This document shows positions 1-9,133 of a stretch of 64,000 bases of DNA, one piece after another (positions within the stretch are counted from its first letter, which is position 1; each line of letters begins with the position of its first letter). The position numbers and the translations under genes were made by a program. The DNA comes from Promethearchaeota archaeon. GTDB lineage: Archaea; Asgardarchaeota; Lokiarchaeia; Sigyniarchaeales; SOKP01. The stretch is from contig JAUVNS010000004.1 of assembly GCA_030599585.1 (NCBI GenBank), positions 64,001 through 128,000 on the forward strand, given 5' to 3'. The notes below the pieces were generated by a model. The model ran no database searches. It was given only the letters and a program-made list of their open reading frames with translations, and was not told where the DNA came from.

Positions 1-84
1 TGAGTAGCACACATACAATATATTAATTCTTTTTTTTTTTTTTAAGACTAACTGAGAAGTAAGAACAAAAAAATAATTATAAAA

Positions 85-321
85 TTACTCAATCATCTTT
101 AGAAAATCAAGCTCATTGATAAAAGTTACACCAAGATTTCGGGCTCTATTAAACTTATCAGAGCTTGCATTTGGATTATTTGTAACTAAATACCACAAAT
201 CGTTAGATATTTCGTCCCTAATGAGTCCTCCTTTTTCAAGGACCCTTTTTTTTGCTTCGTCTCTATTAATTTCTTTTAGATCTTTTGAAAAATAAAATTT
301 AATTAAAGATAAATCAGCGAT
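85..321 (-). CDS. Stand-alone BRCT-domain protein (LigA/RFC1 C-terminal type), non-AUG start
   Basis: Not in the ORF track. Manual translation (78 aa): IADLSLIKFYFSKDLKEINRDEAKKRVLEKGGLIRDEISNDLWYLVTNNPNASSDKFNRARNLGVTFINELDFLKMIE, which matches the LigA BRCT pattern (RDEAK..GG..YLV..SK..A..LGV..E..FL). AGGTGA lies 6 nt before ATC at 321, and an in-frame TGA lies at 328-330. Confidence 0.8.
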   Translation of the reverse strand: MADLSLIKFYFSKDLKEINRDEAKKRVLEKGGLIRDEISNDLWYLVTNNPNASSDKFNRARNLGVTFINELDFLKMIE

Positions 322-460
322 AATTAATCACCTTTCTGAATTAATATTAATAAATGTAATTTTGATATGTTAAGTAAAACGTGTATATATTAAAAGACGA
401 AGACTATAAAAAATTCTAAATTTTTAAAATAAGGTGTAAGAAGATTTTGAGATTAAATAC

Positions 461-901
461 CTATTCCGCCAGATAGCAGACTACTAACCCATCAATGTTC
501 TTGGTTGCTCTAATCTTGATTTTCCTTGGAGGTTTTTGGATTCCTCTTGACCAGATCTTCTCGTTAACTTCTTGCGAAATGACTAAAGATTCGGGTTTAA
601 AATGTCTCTCCATAAATTCTCTAAGATATCTAACTGCTTTTTTAGCCCGTTTATTCCTTGGACCATTCCGTGCTTTAGCTAATGGTATTACATATATCCT
701 TTCATCTATGATTTCTTCTTCTGGGGGTTTTTCTCCTTCTATTTCTTCTAATCCCTCAAGTTCCTCTTCAAAAACTTCGCTAACTTCCTCTCCTTCAGAT
801 ACTTCATCTAAACTGAATTCGTCGATTTCTTCAATTTCCTCTTCCGCTAATTCTTCTTCTAAATCGTCTAAACTGATTTCTTTTGATTTTTTTTTTGCCA
901 T
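461..901 (-). CDS. rpl31e: 50S ribosomal protein L31e with long acidic N-terminal extension
   Basis: ERIYVIPL..RAKKAVRYLREF..VNEKIWSRGIQKPPRKIKIR is the L31e signature; the gene lies in the S19e-PDCD5-L39e-L31e cluster. Confidence 0.95.
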   Translation of the reverse strand: MAKKKSKEISLDDLEEELAEEEIEEIDEFSLDEVSEGEEVSEVFEEELEGLEEIEGEKPPEEEIIDERIYVIPLAKARNGPRNKRAKKAVRYLREFMERHFKPESLVISQEVNEKIWSRGIQKPPRKIKIRATKNIDGLVVCYLAE

Positions 902-903
902 GC

Positions 904-1065
904 TTAATCTCTCTTTAATCTAGTATTTCGCCATTCTCTTCTAGAGTTAGGACTTGATCTAACTTTTCCCCCAGTCCTCCGAACAACCCAATTTGGAACT
1001 GAACGACTCTGTTTCATACTCTTAGCTCTTCGTAATTTTGAAGGTAAATCTTTATTGCGTGCCAT
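904..1065 (-). CDS. rpl39e: 50S ribosomal protein L39e
   Basis: Manual translation (53 aa): MARNKDLPSKLRRAKSMKQSRSVPNWVVRRTGGKVRSSPNSRREWRNTRLKRD; expected position in the cluster. Confidence 0.95.
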   Translation of the reverse strand: MARNKDLPSKLRRAKSMKQSRSVPNWVVRRTGGKVRSSPNSRREWRNTRLKRD

Positions 1066-1082
1066 TTTCTTAATCTCAAGTT

Positions 1083-1421
1083 TTATTTTTTAATATTAAA
1101 TTCTTTTTTGCTACCTGCTGTAATTTTTTCTAAAATTTTTTTAAACTCTTTATCAGGTAACGGTGTAGCTCCACGCAGTTTTCCCGATTGGAATAACTGT
1201 ATTAATTGTAATTCAATCTGCTCAGCAAATTGTGGTTTAACTATTCTAATGTTTTCTAATCGCTGACGTCCTTCTTGACTTAATACTTTTCGCATAATTT
1301 GGTATTTTTGGTTGGTATACTGCTGTTGTTGTTGTGATGCTACTTGTTGTTGAATTGCCTGCTGTTGCAATTGTTCTAATTTCCTCTTCCTAATAGCTTC
1401 TAATTCTTCCTCGTCGCTCAA
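1083..1421 (-). CDS. PDCD5-like DNA-binding protein
   Basis: ELEAIRKRKLEQLQ..VLSQEGRQRLENIRIVKPQFAEQIELQLIQL; conserved position between S19e and L39e. Confidence 0.92.
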   Translation of the reverse strand: MSDEEELEAIRKRKLEQLQQQAIQQQVASQQQQQYTNQKYQIMRKVLSQEGRQRLENIRIVKPQFAEQIELQLIQLFQSGKLRGATPLPDKEFKKILEKITAGSKKEFNIKK

Positions 1422-1453
1422 AGTTAAACTCCAAGAAGTATTGTTTGTTAAAG

Positions 1454-1876
1454 TTACTTTCTTAAAATTCCATAGGCGGTTCTTTCTAGAAGGCTAGTTC
1501 CTTCTGGTGTAACTATTTTACCCGCCCTGTCTTGCTTCATTATTAAATTAGCTTTCTCTAACTGCTGCAATGCTACTCGTATGATCTTTCCGCTCCCTTT
1601 AGCGCTGTGGTGTCGACCTGGACCTTTTCTATTTTTTCCTCCGTAGTATTTTCTGAGTTTATTTACCCCAACCGGACCAAATTTCTTTATCTTTCTTAAA
1701 AGTGAGGCACACCTAATATACCAGAAATTCTCGTGATCGATAGGAGCTAATTCCTTAAAAAATGCAGTCTTCCAAAATTCGGATCCCTCGGGTGGGCTAA
1801 TTTCGGGAAATTCTCTTAATTTTTCTGCTAAGATTTTAATAAGCTTCTCTGGTTCAACGATATATATGCTAATTAT
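1454..1876 (-). CDS. rps19e: 30S ribosomal protein S19e (non-AUG start, ATA 1876 or ATT 1873)
   Basis: Absent from the ORF track. Translation: IISIYIVEPEKLIKILAEKL..KELAP..FWYIRCASLLRKI..GPVGVNKLRKYYGG..KGSGKIIRVALQQLEKA..TPEG. No in-frame ATG/GTG/TTG occurs before the upstream TAA; GGTG motif just upstream. Confidence 0.93.
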   Translation of the reverse strand: MISIYIVEPEKLIKILAEKLREFPEISPPEGSEFWKTAFFKELAPIDHENFWYIRCASLLRKIKKFGPVGVNKLRKYYGGKNRKGPGRHHSAKGSGKIIRVALQQLEKANLIMKQDRAGKIVTPEGTSLLERTAYGILRK

Positions 1877-1964
1877 ATTACACCAAGAATTTTAATATTA
1901 TATGATACATTTAAAAAGATTAAGTAGATTAAAAATTTTATGGTAAAAGTGGTATTTTAGGGCA

Positions 1965-2237
1965 ATGAGTCATCAAAACGAGTTTAAAAAAGTATTATTA
2001 TCATCACCACACGCTACATTAGGAAAGAAGGGAATTACAGAAGAATTTATATTACATGTGCAGCATTTACTCAAGAAATATAAAATAATCAAAATTAAGA
2101 TGTTAAAATCAATCGCAACAAAAACTAATATCCAAAGTATTGCTGAACAAATATCAAACTCCACAAATTCTAACCTATTGGATGTCAGAGGAAAAACAAT
2201 TATCATCTCGAAGAAAAAATTCAACAAAGGGAATTAA
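1965..2237 (+). CDS. YhbY/CRM-family RNA-binding protein
   Basis: LGKKGITEEFI..IIKIKML..DVRGKTIII CRM pattern; usual neighbour of S19e and Rpp21. Confidence 0.85.
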   Translation: MSHQNEFKKVLLSSPHATLGKKGITEEFILHVQHLLKKYKIIKIKMLKSIATKTNIQSIAEQISNSTNSNLLDVRGKTIIISKKKFNKGN

Positions 2238-2258
2238 ATATAATGTGAAGTATCCACA

Positions 2259-2591
2259 ATGGTGAAAAATAAAAGGAGAAACAAGAATATCGTCAAACAA
2301 ATAGCAGATACTCGGATGCAATATTTATTTCAAAAAGCACATGAAATATTCCCACAAAATAAAGAATTAGCTAATAGATATGTGTATTTAGCGAGACGAT
2401 ATGCACAAAGAGCAAAGATTCAAATTCCTTCGATATGGAAAAAAAGAATTTGTCACAAATGTAAGAAATTTCTTTACCCAGGTATTAATAACAGGACCAG
2501 AATTCATTCAAAGGGTAAAGGTTCTCATGTATCTTCAACATGTTTGGATTGTAATCATGTAACTCGATATTTTATTAAGATCAAGTCATAA
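2259..2591 (+). CDS. rnp4: Ribonuclease P protein component 4 (Rpp21)
   Basis: IADTRMQYLF..LANRYVYLA..KRICHKC..TCLDC..RY zinc-ribbon pattern. Confidence 0.93.
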   Translation: MVKNKRRNKNIVKQIADTRMQYLFQKAHEIFPQNKELANRYVYLARRYAQRAKIQIPSIWKKRICHKCKKFLYPGINNRTRIHSKGKGSHVSSTCLDCNHVTRYFIKIKS

Positions 2592-2624
2592 ATGAAATAA
2601 AAATTAGAATCACATCAATATAAA

Positions 2625-3299
2625 ATGCCTTTAACAATAATTTTTGTGGAATGCGGATTAGAACTCATCCCATCAACTATTAAGAATCATCCTGCCATTC
2701 AAAAAAATTTAAAGAAGGATTCTTACCCTTCTAAACTCCTTGATAACGCAATTCACCATTCCGCTATGGTTAGGCTAGATGCTGCTGAACAAAGAGGCCG
2801 CCCCGATATTACTCACGCTTGCCTTCTTAATGCCTTAGGGTCAACCGCTAATAAAAGTGGTAACCTAAAAATATATCTTCATACATTCGAAAATAAAATA
2901 TTCGAAATAAACCCAGCTATAAAAATCGCCAGAAATTATAATAGATTTAAAGGCTTAATGGCAAAATTATTGATGGAAAATGAAATAAGAATTAAAAACC
3001 TCGTATTAATTTCAGAATTTAAAGGTACCTTAAGAGAGTTAATAAACACCATTGATAATAAGGAAGTCATGCTCCTCTCTAATAAAGGAGAACTAGCAAA
3101 AAACCCCCTCTTATTATTTAATAAGGATTTATCTAAAGATTTAGTAGTTATTATTGGTTGTTTTCAAAAAGGTTTTTTTACGGATGAAATTTTGGAACTA
3201 AGCAATAGACTGGTATCAATTTCTCATTATTCGCTAGATGCGTGGGTTGTTTTGAGTAGAGTTATAACTCTCTATGAAATTGCTAACGATATTTTATGA
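2625..3299 (+). CDS. nep1: 16S rRNA pseudouridine N1-methyltransferase Nep1 (SPOUT)
   Basis: RGRPDITHACLL, RNYNRFKGLM, IIGCFQKG motifs. Confidence 0.93.
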   Translation: MPLTIIFVECGLELIPSTIKNHPAIQKNLKKDSYPSKLLDNAIHHSAMVRLDAAEQRGRPDITHACLLNALGSTANKSGNLKIYLHTFENKIFEINPAIKIARNYNRFKGLMAKLLMENEIRIKNLVLISEFKGTLRELINTIDNKEVMLLSNKGELAKNPLLLFNKDLSKDLVVIIGCFQKGFFTDEILELSNRLVSISHYSLDAWVVLSRVITLYEIANDIL

Positions 3300-3406
3300 C
3301 GATAGGTATCAGAAAGTTTTTTTTAAATCTTTAATAATTACATTTAACATATTTATATTCATTTCCACCTGAAAAAAAATATTAAATACCTTTCTTGTTC
3401 TGCATC

Positions 3407-3478
3407 GCGCTTTTGGTATAGTGGTTAGAATATCAGGTTTCCAACCTGACGACCCGGGTTCAATTCCCGGAAGGCGCA
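3407..3478 (+). tRNA. tRNA-Gly(TCC)
   Basis: Acceptor GCGCTTT/AAGGCGC; anticodon arm TCAGG-TTTCCAA-CCTGA; T arm CCGGG-TTCAATT-CCCGG. Confidence 0.95.
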
Positions 3479-3658
3479 TTTATTTATTAAATCTTAAAGG
3501 ATTAAAGAGAATCCTTGAAATTAATTTAAGTTTGAATTATGATAACTTTTCTTCTTAAGGGGGTCTTAGATAATGTCTTCCCAAAGACTAATTAAATCTC
3601 CTTCAGTATAGCAATCAAATATGATAAAGTTATTTAAAAAAGCTGTGGTATTATTTTT

Positions 3659-4732
3659 ATGCCGATATTGAACAAACGATTGTTAAGACCAGATGTAAAG
3701 AAACTCCATCAAAGGAGTCAAAAAATAGTTACGAAAGGAGCACTCGAAATTGCGGAAAAGGAAGGAGTCGACATTATAAAAATACTTTCAATAATTGCGA
3801 ACGGAAATAAGCGATTCTACGAGATACTCGAAACTGGAGAAGGTAAAACAGAGGATCTTTACGATCTTATAAATAGAGACCAAATGAGGCAGTTAGCAAA
3901 GATTTTTCGAGGTGCAATGGAATATAAAGGGAAAATTCTACAAGAACAGCATCCGTTGTCTCCAGATGTAAAAATTGAATCTGTTGATGCCGGAGGAGTG
4001 CCTGCAGAGTGGCAAATCTCTGAGGGTGTTGACGAAAATAAAATCTTATTGTATTTCCACGGAGGAGGACATGTGTTAGGATCTCCAATGTCCAGCCGAC
4101 CTTATACAGTTGAGATTGGAAAAGCTGCGCGTGTAAGAATATTGAGCGTAGATTATGCTCTTGCCCCTGAACATCCATTCCCTGAGGGTCCAAACGATTG
4201 CTTTACATCTTATAAATGGCTTCTTTCGAATGGATGTAAACCTGAAAATATCATTATCGGTGGAGCTTCTGCGGGCGGAAACATGACTCTTGCAACTCTT
4301 ATTAAAATTAAAGAGGATGGTATTACTATGCCCAGAGGTGCTATAGTTCTCTCTCCCGGTATTGATTATACGACAAACAGTAAAACAATTCTAGAGAATG
4401 CCCCTACAGATTGTGTTATGGCAGATGTGGGCGTTTTTTGGTGGATTCCCGCATATTTAAACGGAGAAGATCCTAATAATCCTCTCGCATGCCCAATCTT
4501 TGCTGACTTTACCGGTTTCCCTTCAATTTTAGCGCAAGTAAGCACAAGTGAGATGGTCTACGATCATTCTACTCGATTAGTGGAACTCGCGAAAGCTGCC
4601 GGTGTTAATGCCATCCTACAAGAATGGGATGATATGCCCCACGTCTGGCAAAATTACGGTCTTTACGACCTTCCTGAAGCAAAAGAAGCTATAGATAAAA
4701 TTGGTCAATTTATAAAAGATCTGTTTGATTAA
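3659..4732 (+). CDS. Alpha/beta hydrolase, HSL-family esterase/lipase
   Basis: HGGG oxyanion motif, DYALAPEHPFP, GASAGG nucleophile elbow, MPHVW. Confidence 0.9.
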   Translation: MPILNKRLLRPDVKKLHQRSQKIVTKGALEIAEKEGVDIIKILSIIANGNKRFYEILETGEGKTEDLYDLINRDQMRQLAKIFRGAMEYKGKILQEQHPLSPDVKIESVDAGGVPAEWQISEGVDENKILLYFHGGGHVLGSPMSSRPYTVEIGKAARVRILSVDYALAPEHPFPEGPNDCFTSYKWLLSNGCKPENIIIGGASAGGNMTLATLIKIKEDGITMPRGAIVLSPGIDYTTNSKTILENAPTDCVMADVGVFWWIPAYLNGEDPNNPLACPIFADFTGFPSILAQVSTSEMVYDHSTRLVELAKAAGVNAILQEWDDMPHVWQNYGLYDLPEAKEAIDKIGQFIKDLFD

Positions 4733-4866
4733 TCAAAATGAGGACATATGTAAGTTTGATCATTAAAAATAAAGGTTTCAAAAGGCATTGAAACTCTAAT
4801 TCTCAAATCTACTCTTAGAAATAGAAATGATTTCACATCTTAAATAGTTGAGATTAATTTTTATAC

Positions 4867-6975
4867 TCACGAATCTTTCTTGTCAGAGTTAAACACCAAA
4901 CTCTTTATTGTAACAGGAAAAGCCTTACGATTTTTAGTTTGAAAGGGTGCCCCTATATCAATCCAATCTCCTGCTTCTAATTCCAATTCATCTAAGCAAA
5001 AGAGGTTATTTTTTATAGCCGTATTCTTCTTAAGGGTTAATCCAAGCATTTTTCCGCCATCCCCTCGCAAGATAACCAGAATTAATTTATTATTGGCAAT
5101 GGAATTAGGTAATGCAATCTCTATGATTTTTGCTAGGGCAACAATACTAGATCCAATTAAAATATCCTTAAAGTATAATGCGAATATATCTTCTCCCTCA
5201 ATCAGGCTAAAATTCTTTAGGGAGCGTGAAATTATATCTTTAAACTCATTCATTCTGTCTTCATTGTATAAATCCTTGCTATCTATATTTATTGGCACGA
5301 CAGGTACATTTTCCAGAGGGAGTTCTACTGATTCGTCATAATAACAGGTGGATCCCGAAACTGAAAGAGAAAATGACCCTGCTCCAATAACAGTTGCCCG
5401 AATTTTGTTTTCTGGTTCGATTAATGGCAAATTGTTTTCTTCAATGAGGTGTTTTATTTCTTCTGCAAGATACCTACCTATATCATTATAGGGGTTTGAA
5501 GTTTCATTAGATTCTTTATCCATACCTATATCATAAATCATCTCAGCAACTCCTCCAGAAAATGAATAACTATCAATTGGGACTAAAATTTTGATATCGT
5601 CCGTCATCATAAGTAATTTAGCAATCTTACTTGTAGCAGGTCCTCTCATAACTTCAAACAGCGCTTTTGCATATTCTTTTGTTATTTTTAGAACATCCTC
5701 CTCAAAAATGATATCTCCTAGAGAATAACTCATTTTTAGTTCTTTCATAATCCATTCTGTGGGTTCATCTATCCTCCAGATTTTTAAATCTTTATCGATT
5801 CCTAATAATCTCCCCCCAACATTGATACACGAAGTGCTTAGAACATCCCCTTTTGAAGCAATAGCAATGTTACTTGTACCTCCCCCTAAATCAATATTCA
5901 TTAAATTTTTCTGAGTCCTTTTTGATTGTTCAACAATTCCACTTCCCATAATTCCGAGCGTTGATTCAAAATTTGGACCTGCAGAGGCGCTGACAAATTT
6001 TCCTGATTCTGATGATAATCTTTTCACAATTTCCGCAGCGTTTTCCTTCTTTGCTGTTTCTCCAGTAACAATAACTGCTCCCGTATCTACCATTTCAGGT
6101 GTGATCTCCGCCCGTTCATATTCTTTCTTGCAGAATTCTATAACTTTTTCAATGTCTATATTAAATCTGTCAATTAGTGGAGTAAAAATAATATTTCCCT
6201 CATAGAGAATCTCTCGATTAACGAGCATAAATCGATTTGACATATTGAAAAAGCTGGTTTCCCTTTTTAAACTAAGGCGTGAAAAAATTAGATGGGAGGT
6301 TGACGATCCAATATCTATGCCGACACTTAAGATATTAAGATATTCTGCATCAGTTTCAGCAGAGTCTGAATGACCCATTAATACTTCTGCCGGATATATC
6401 TTAATTTCTTCTAATTCTGTTTCATCTTTGTTTTCTTCCTCAATTTTAACTATTTTAATTACCATTTCCTTATCGTGATGTTTTGGTAATTCTACCTTTT
6501 CATCAGAATTATCAATTTTTTCCTTCATTTCAGGTGGAATTTCAAAACTCTCATTACAGACCGTACAAAAATATCGAAGTTCAAATGATTTATTACTCCC
6601 AGGTAAAACTGGTCCACTTCTATTTTTCTTAGCTTTTTTATCATTAATCTGTCTTCTTATTCGATCTAAAGTGGCTTTAAAAGTACCACCAATCAATGCA
6701 TTACAAATTTCATCAAATTCTTTTCCGGGCTTTAAAATCGTATTTAAAGCAGGTTTTACCATCATAATTAGTCTGTAATATTGGGAAAGTTCTGTAATAT
6801 CTTCTTTTGCATGTTCTTTAAGGAGTCGATCAAGTTCTTGGATGAATTTATCCACTACTTCCTCTGAATCTTGTCGACCGTTTTTCTCAAGGAGAAACGC
6901 TACAAAAAACTTTAGACCGTTTTTCTGAGATTCGATATTAATTTCAATATTCGCGATTCTTTCATTGATGTCCAT
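4867..6975 (-). CDS. eutA: EutA-like ATP-dependent B12-enzyme reactivase with ~210 aa N-terminal extension
   Basis: LSVGIDIGSSTSHLIFSRL, GAVIVTGETAKKENA, NIDLGGGTSN, IRATVIGAG, GDWIDIGAP, PVTIKSLVF are EutA motifs. Confidence 0.85.
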   Translation of the reverse strand: MDINERIANIEINIESQKNGLKFFVAFLLEKNGRQDSEEVVDKFIQELDRLLKEHAKEDITELSQYYRLIMMVKPALNTILKPGKEFDEICNALIGGTFKATLDRIRRQINDKKAKKNRSGPVLPGSNKSFELRYFCTVCNESFEIPPEMKEKIDNSDEKVELPKHHDKEMVIKIVKIEEENKDETELEEIKIYPAEVLMGHSDSAETDAEYLNILSVGIDIGSSTSHLIFSRLSLKRETSFFNMSNRFMLVNREILYEGNIIFTPLIDRFNIDIEKVIEFCKKEYERAEITPEMVDTGAVIVTGETAKKENAAEIVKRLSSESGKFVSASAGPNFESTLGIMGSGIVEQSKRTQKNLMNIDLGGGTSNIAIASKGDVLSTSCINVGGRLLGIDKDLKIWRIDEPTEWIMKELKMSYSLGDIIFEEDVLKITKEYAKALFEVMRGPATSKIAKLLMMTDDIKILVPIDSYSFSGGVAEMIYDIGMDKESNETSNPYNDIGRYLAEEIKHLIEENNLPLIEPENKIRATVIGAGSFSLSVSGSTCYYDESVELPLENVPVVPINIDSKDLYNEDRMNEFKDIISRSLKNFSLIEGEDIFALYFKDILIGSSIVALAKIIEIALPNSIANNKLILVILRGDGGKMLGLTLKKNTAIKNNLFCLDELELEAGDWIDIGAPFQTKNRKAFPVTIKSLVFNSDKKDS

Positions 6976-7093
6976 TTTTATGCATCTAGTTAAGTTTTAT
7001 TTCGATTTATATTAGATAAATTCAAAATTTCTATCTAAATTCATAATATTTTTTAGTTGTATTTTATTTATATAATTATGGTTTATGTATTTT

Positions 7094-7145
7094 AAGATAC
7101 AATAACATACCAAGAACTTAAATAGGAAGATACAATAATATACCA
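7094..7145 (+). promoter_or_regulatory. Two 19-bp direct repeats flanking a TATA-like box (candidate operator)
   Basis: AAGATACAATAACATACCA (7094-7112) and AAGATACAATAATATACCA (7127-7145): 1 mismatch, 33-bp period, with GAACTTAAATAG between them. Confidence 0.6.
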
Positions 7146-7151
7146 TATACT

Positions 7152-7517
7152 ATGACAATCGAATTAAAACAACGAAGAACACTCCAAGAGCGCGTTGAAG
7201 CCATCTTTAATTTCATTGATTTACAAAAGGGAGTCTTTCCTAAAAGTCGTCTTAAAGAAATCGGACTTAACCCTCATACAGCAGGAAAATGGCTGAAATT
7301 AATTGATTTCATACAAAATCAACCAAAAATTCGAATAATTCAAACAGAGCATAATACTCTCGTAGAAAAAGTAGAGGGAAAGTATCAAGCTCTTATGAGA
7401 AAGATGATCATAGACGAAACACTTCCATTTGAACAAAGGCTCCAACATGTGACAGATTACTTAAAATCTTTATACGCTCGTGAACGAGTTACTAAATTAA
7501 AAAGTGCAAATCATTAG
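7152..7517 (+). CDS. Hypothetical protein, probable winged-HTH DNA-binding protein
   Basis: FPKSRLKEIGLNPHTAGKWLKLI resembles an HTH followed by a beta wing; divergent from the eutA-like gene. Confidence 0.6.
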   Translation: MTIELKQRRTLQERVEAIFNFIDLQKGVFPKSRLKEIGLNPHTAGKWLKLIDFIQNQPKIRIIQTEHNTLVEKVEGKYQALMRKMIIDETLPFEQRLQHVTDYLKSLYARERVTKLKSANH

Positions 7518-7522
7518 TTATG

Positions 7523-7558
7523 TCACGAAGAAACTTCGTGAAACGATGATTTCACGAA
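7523..7558. repeat. Overlapping inverted repeats (TCACGAA/TTCGTGA x3)
   Basis: TCACGAAG-aaa-CTTCGTGA and TTCGTGAAA-cgatga-TTTCACGAA share the middle arm. Confidence 0.6.
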
Positions 7559-7969
7559 TAATCAATATTTTTCTCGTTTATTTAAGAGCATGAGCTCGAA
7601 AATATTTTGAACTTTAAAATTTACACTATTTTATGAAAAAAATCTTATAAATCCTCTTCTTAAACGTATAGATAACCGATATCCTTTTTTTTCTCAGATT
7701 TTATTAAAAATATCTCGATTTTTTAATAAAAAATAATAACAGACGTTTAAGAATATTATAATTGGGCTATGATTTATAATCAAGTTATGGTATATCTCTT
7801 ATGGGAAAAAGCGCCCATTTTTCTGCATTCTTTTTCCATTTTTTAATCACTTAAATAATAATAATAAAAATAATAACGGGTGTTTTTTCTCATTTTTCCT
7901 TCTAATTAAATTGCTTACCGAAGAAACAACTAATCTTAAATTTATTCTTGTATTATTGAGCTTTACTGA

Positions 7970-9133
7970 TTGGATTGCCATAATATGACTAGCAATTTTA
8001 AAATCATAAATAAAGAATTTAAGACGGCGCTAAATAAGCTAAAATATCCCGATTCTTGGTTCTGGTGTCGATATACCATAAATCCTTACTCTGGATGTGC
8101 TCATACTTGCATTTATTGTGACGCTAGAAGCCAAAAGTATTACTTAAATCAAGATTTTGAACGCGAAGTAATTGTTAAAACTAACATGGATAAAATACTG
8201 GACAAAAGAATAAAAAACTCGCGAACATTACTTCCAGACGTTATAGGTCCTGGTGGAGTTTGCGACGCATACCAGCCAATAGAATTAGAAGTAGAAAATA
8301 CTTTAAAAATTCTAAAAATAATTGAAAAACATAGATTCCCGGTAAACATTGCAACAAAATCAAATTTGATAACTAGAGATATCGATATTTTAAGTAGAAT
8401 TGCGAATGATACTTGGTGTACGGTTGGTTTTTCTATTACTACGATGAATGAAGAATTAGCTACTTTTTTAGAACCTCATTCTTCATCCCCTAAAGAGCGA
8501 CTTGAAGCTCTAAAACAGATCAAACAAAAAGCCCCCAATATCCAAGTTGGAACCTATTTCATGCCAATAATCCCCTTTTTAGAAGATAACGACGAAAATT
8601 TAGTTGCTGTAATTAAAAAATCAAAAGAAGCCGGAGCCGATTTTATCATATTTGCTCCCGGATTAACTCTTCGAGATGATCAAGCTGATTTTTTCATTAA
8701 GAAATTAAGGGAAAGTAAATACAATCACATTGTTAACCCGTTGTTGAATTTATATAAGGGCCAGATGGGTCCTCCCAAGGGTTATGTTCAAAAGATGCAT
8801 CAAAAATTATTGGCACTATGTCAGAAATATGATATTGCTGTAAGAGAAAAGAGATGGATTCCAAACGATTATAGGAAATGGAATTATAAAATCTCAGAAT
8901 TATTGCTGGTAAAAGATTATATGAATAAATTAACATCGGGAAAATCAAATAAATCGTTTTATTGGGCAGGGTTAACTCTCAACAACTTGGAGGAATCAAT
9001 TATTAGTGTTTATAAAAGAGGAGAGTTAGCTACACTTAAGAATTTCAATTCTGAAGTAATAAAATTTGTAGAACCCTATTTAAAGAGAAGTAAAGAAATG
9101 AATGAAAAAACAGGAATGGATAAATTCATATGA
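7970..9133 (+). CDS. Radical SAM protein, SplB/Rv2578c-like (likely start ATG 7985)
   Basis: INPYSGCAHTCIYCDAR (CxxxCxxC), DAYQPIE, IATKS, MPIIPFLED. Confidence 0.88.
   Translation: MDCHNMTSNFKIINKEFKTALNKLKYPDSWFWCRYTINPYSGCAHTCIYCDARSQKYYLNQDFEREVIVKTNMDKILDKRIKNSRTLLPDVIGPGGVCDAYQPIELEVENTLKILKIIEKHRFPVNIATKSNLITRDIDILSRIANDTWCTVGFSITTMNEELATFLEPHSSSPKERLEALKQIKQKAPNIQVGTYFMPIIPFLEDNDENLVAVIKKSKEAGADFIIFAPGLTLRDDQADFFIKKLRESKYNHIVNPLLNLYKGQMGPPKGYVQKMHQKLLALCQKYDIAVREKRWIPNDYRKWNYKISELLLVKDYMNKLTSGKSNKSFYWAGLTLNNLEESIISVYKRGELATLKNFNSEVIKFVEPYLKRSKEMNEKTGMDKFI

Noticed and set aside
7781-7852. 19-codon minus-strand ORF (MEKECRKMGAFSHKRYTIT) with AAGTGA upstream
   Set aside because: Too short to support without conservation data.
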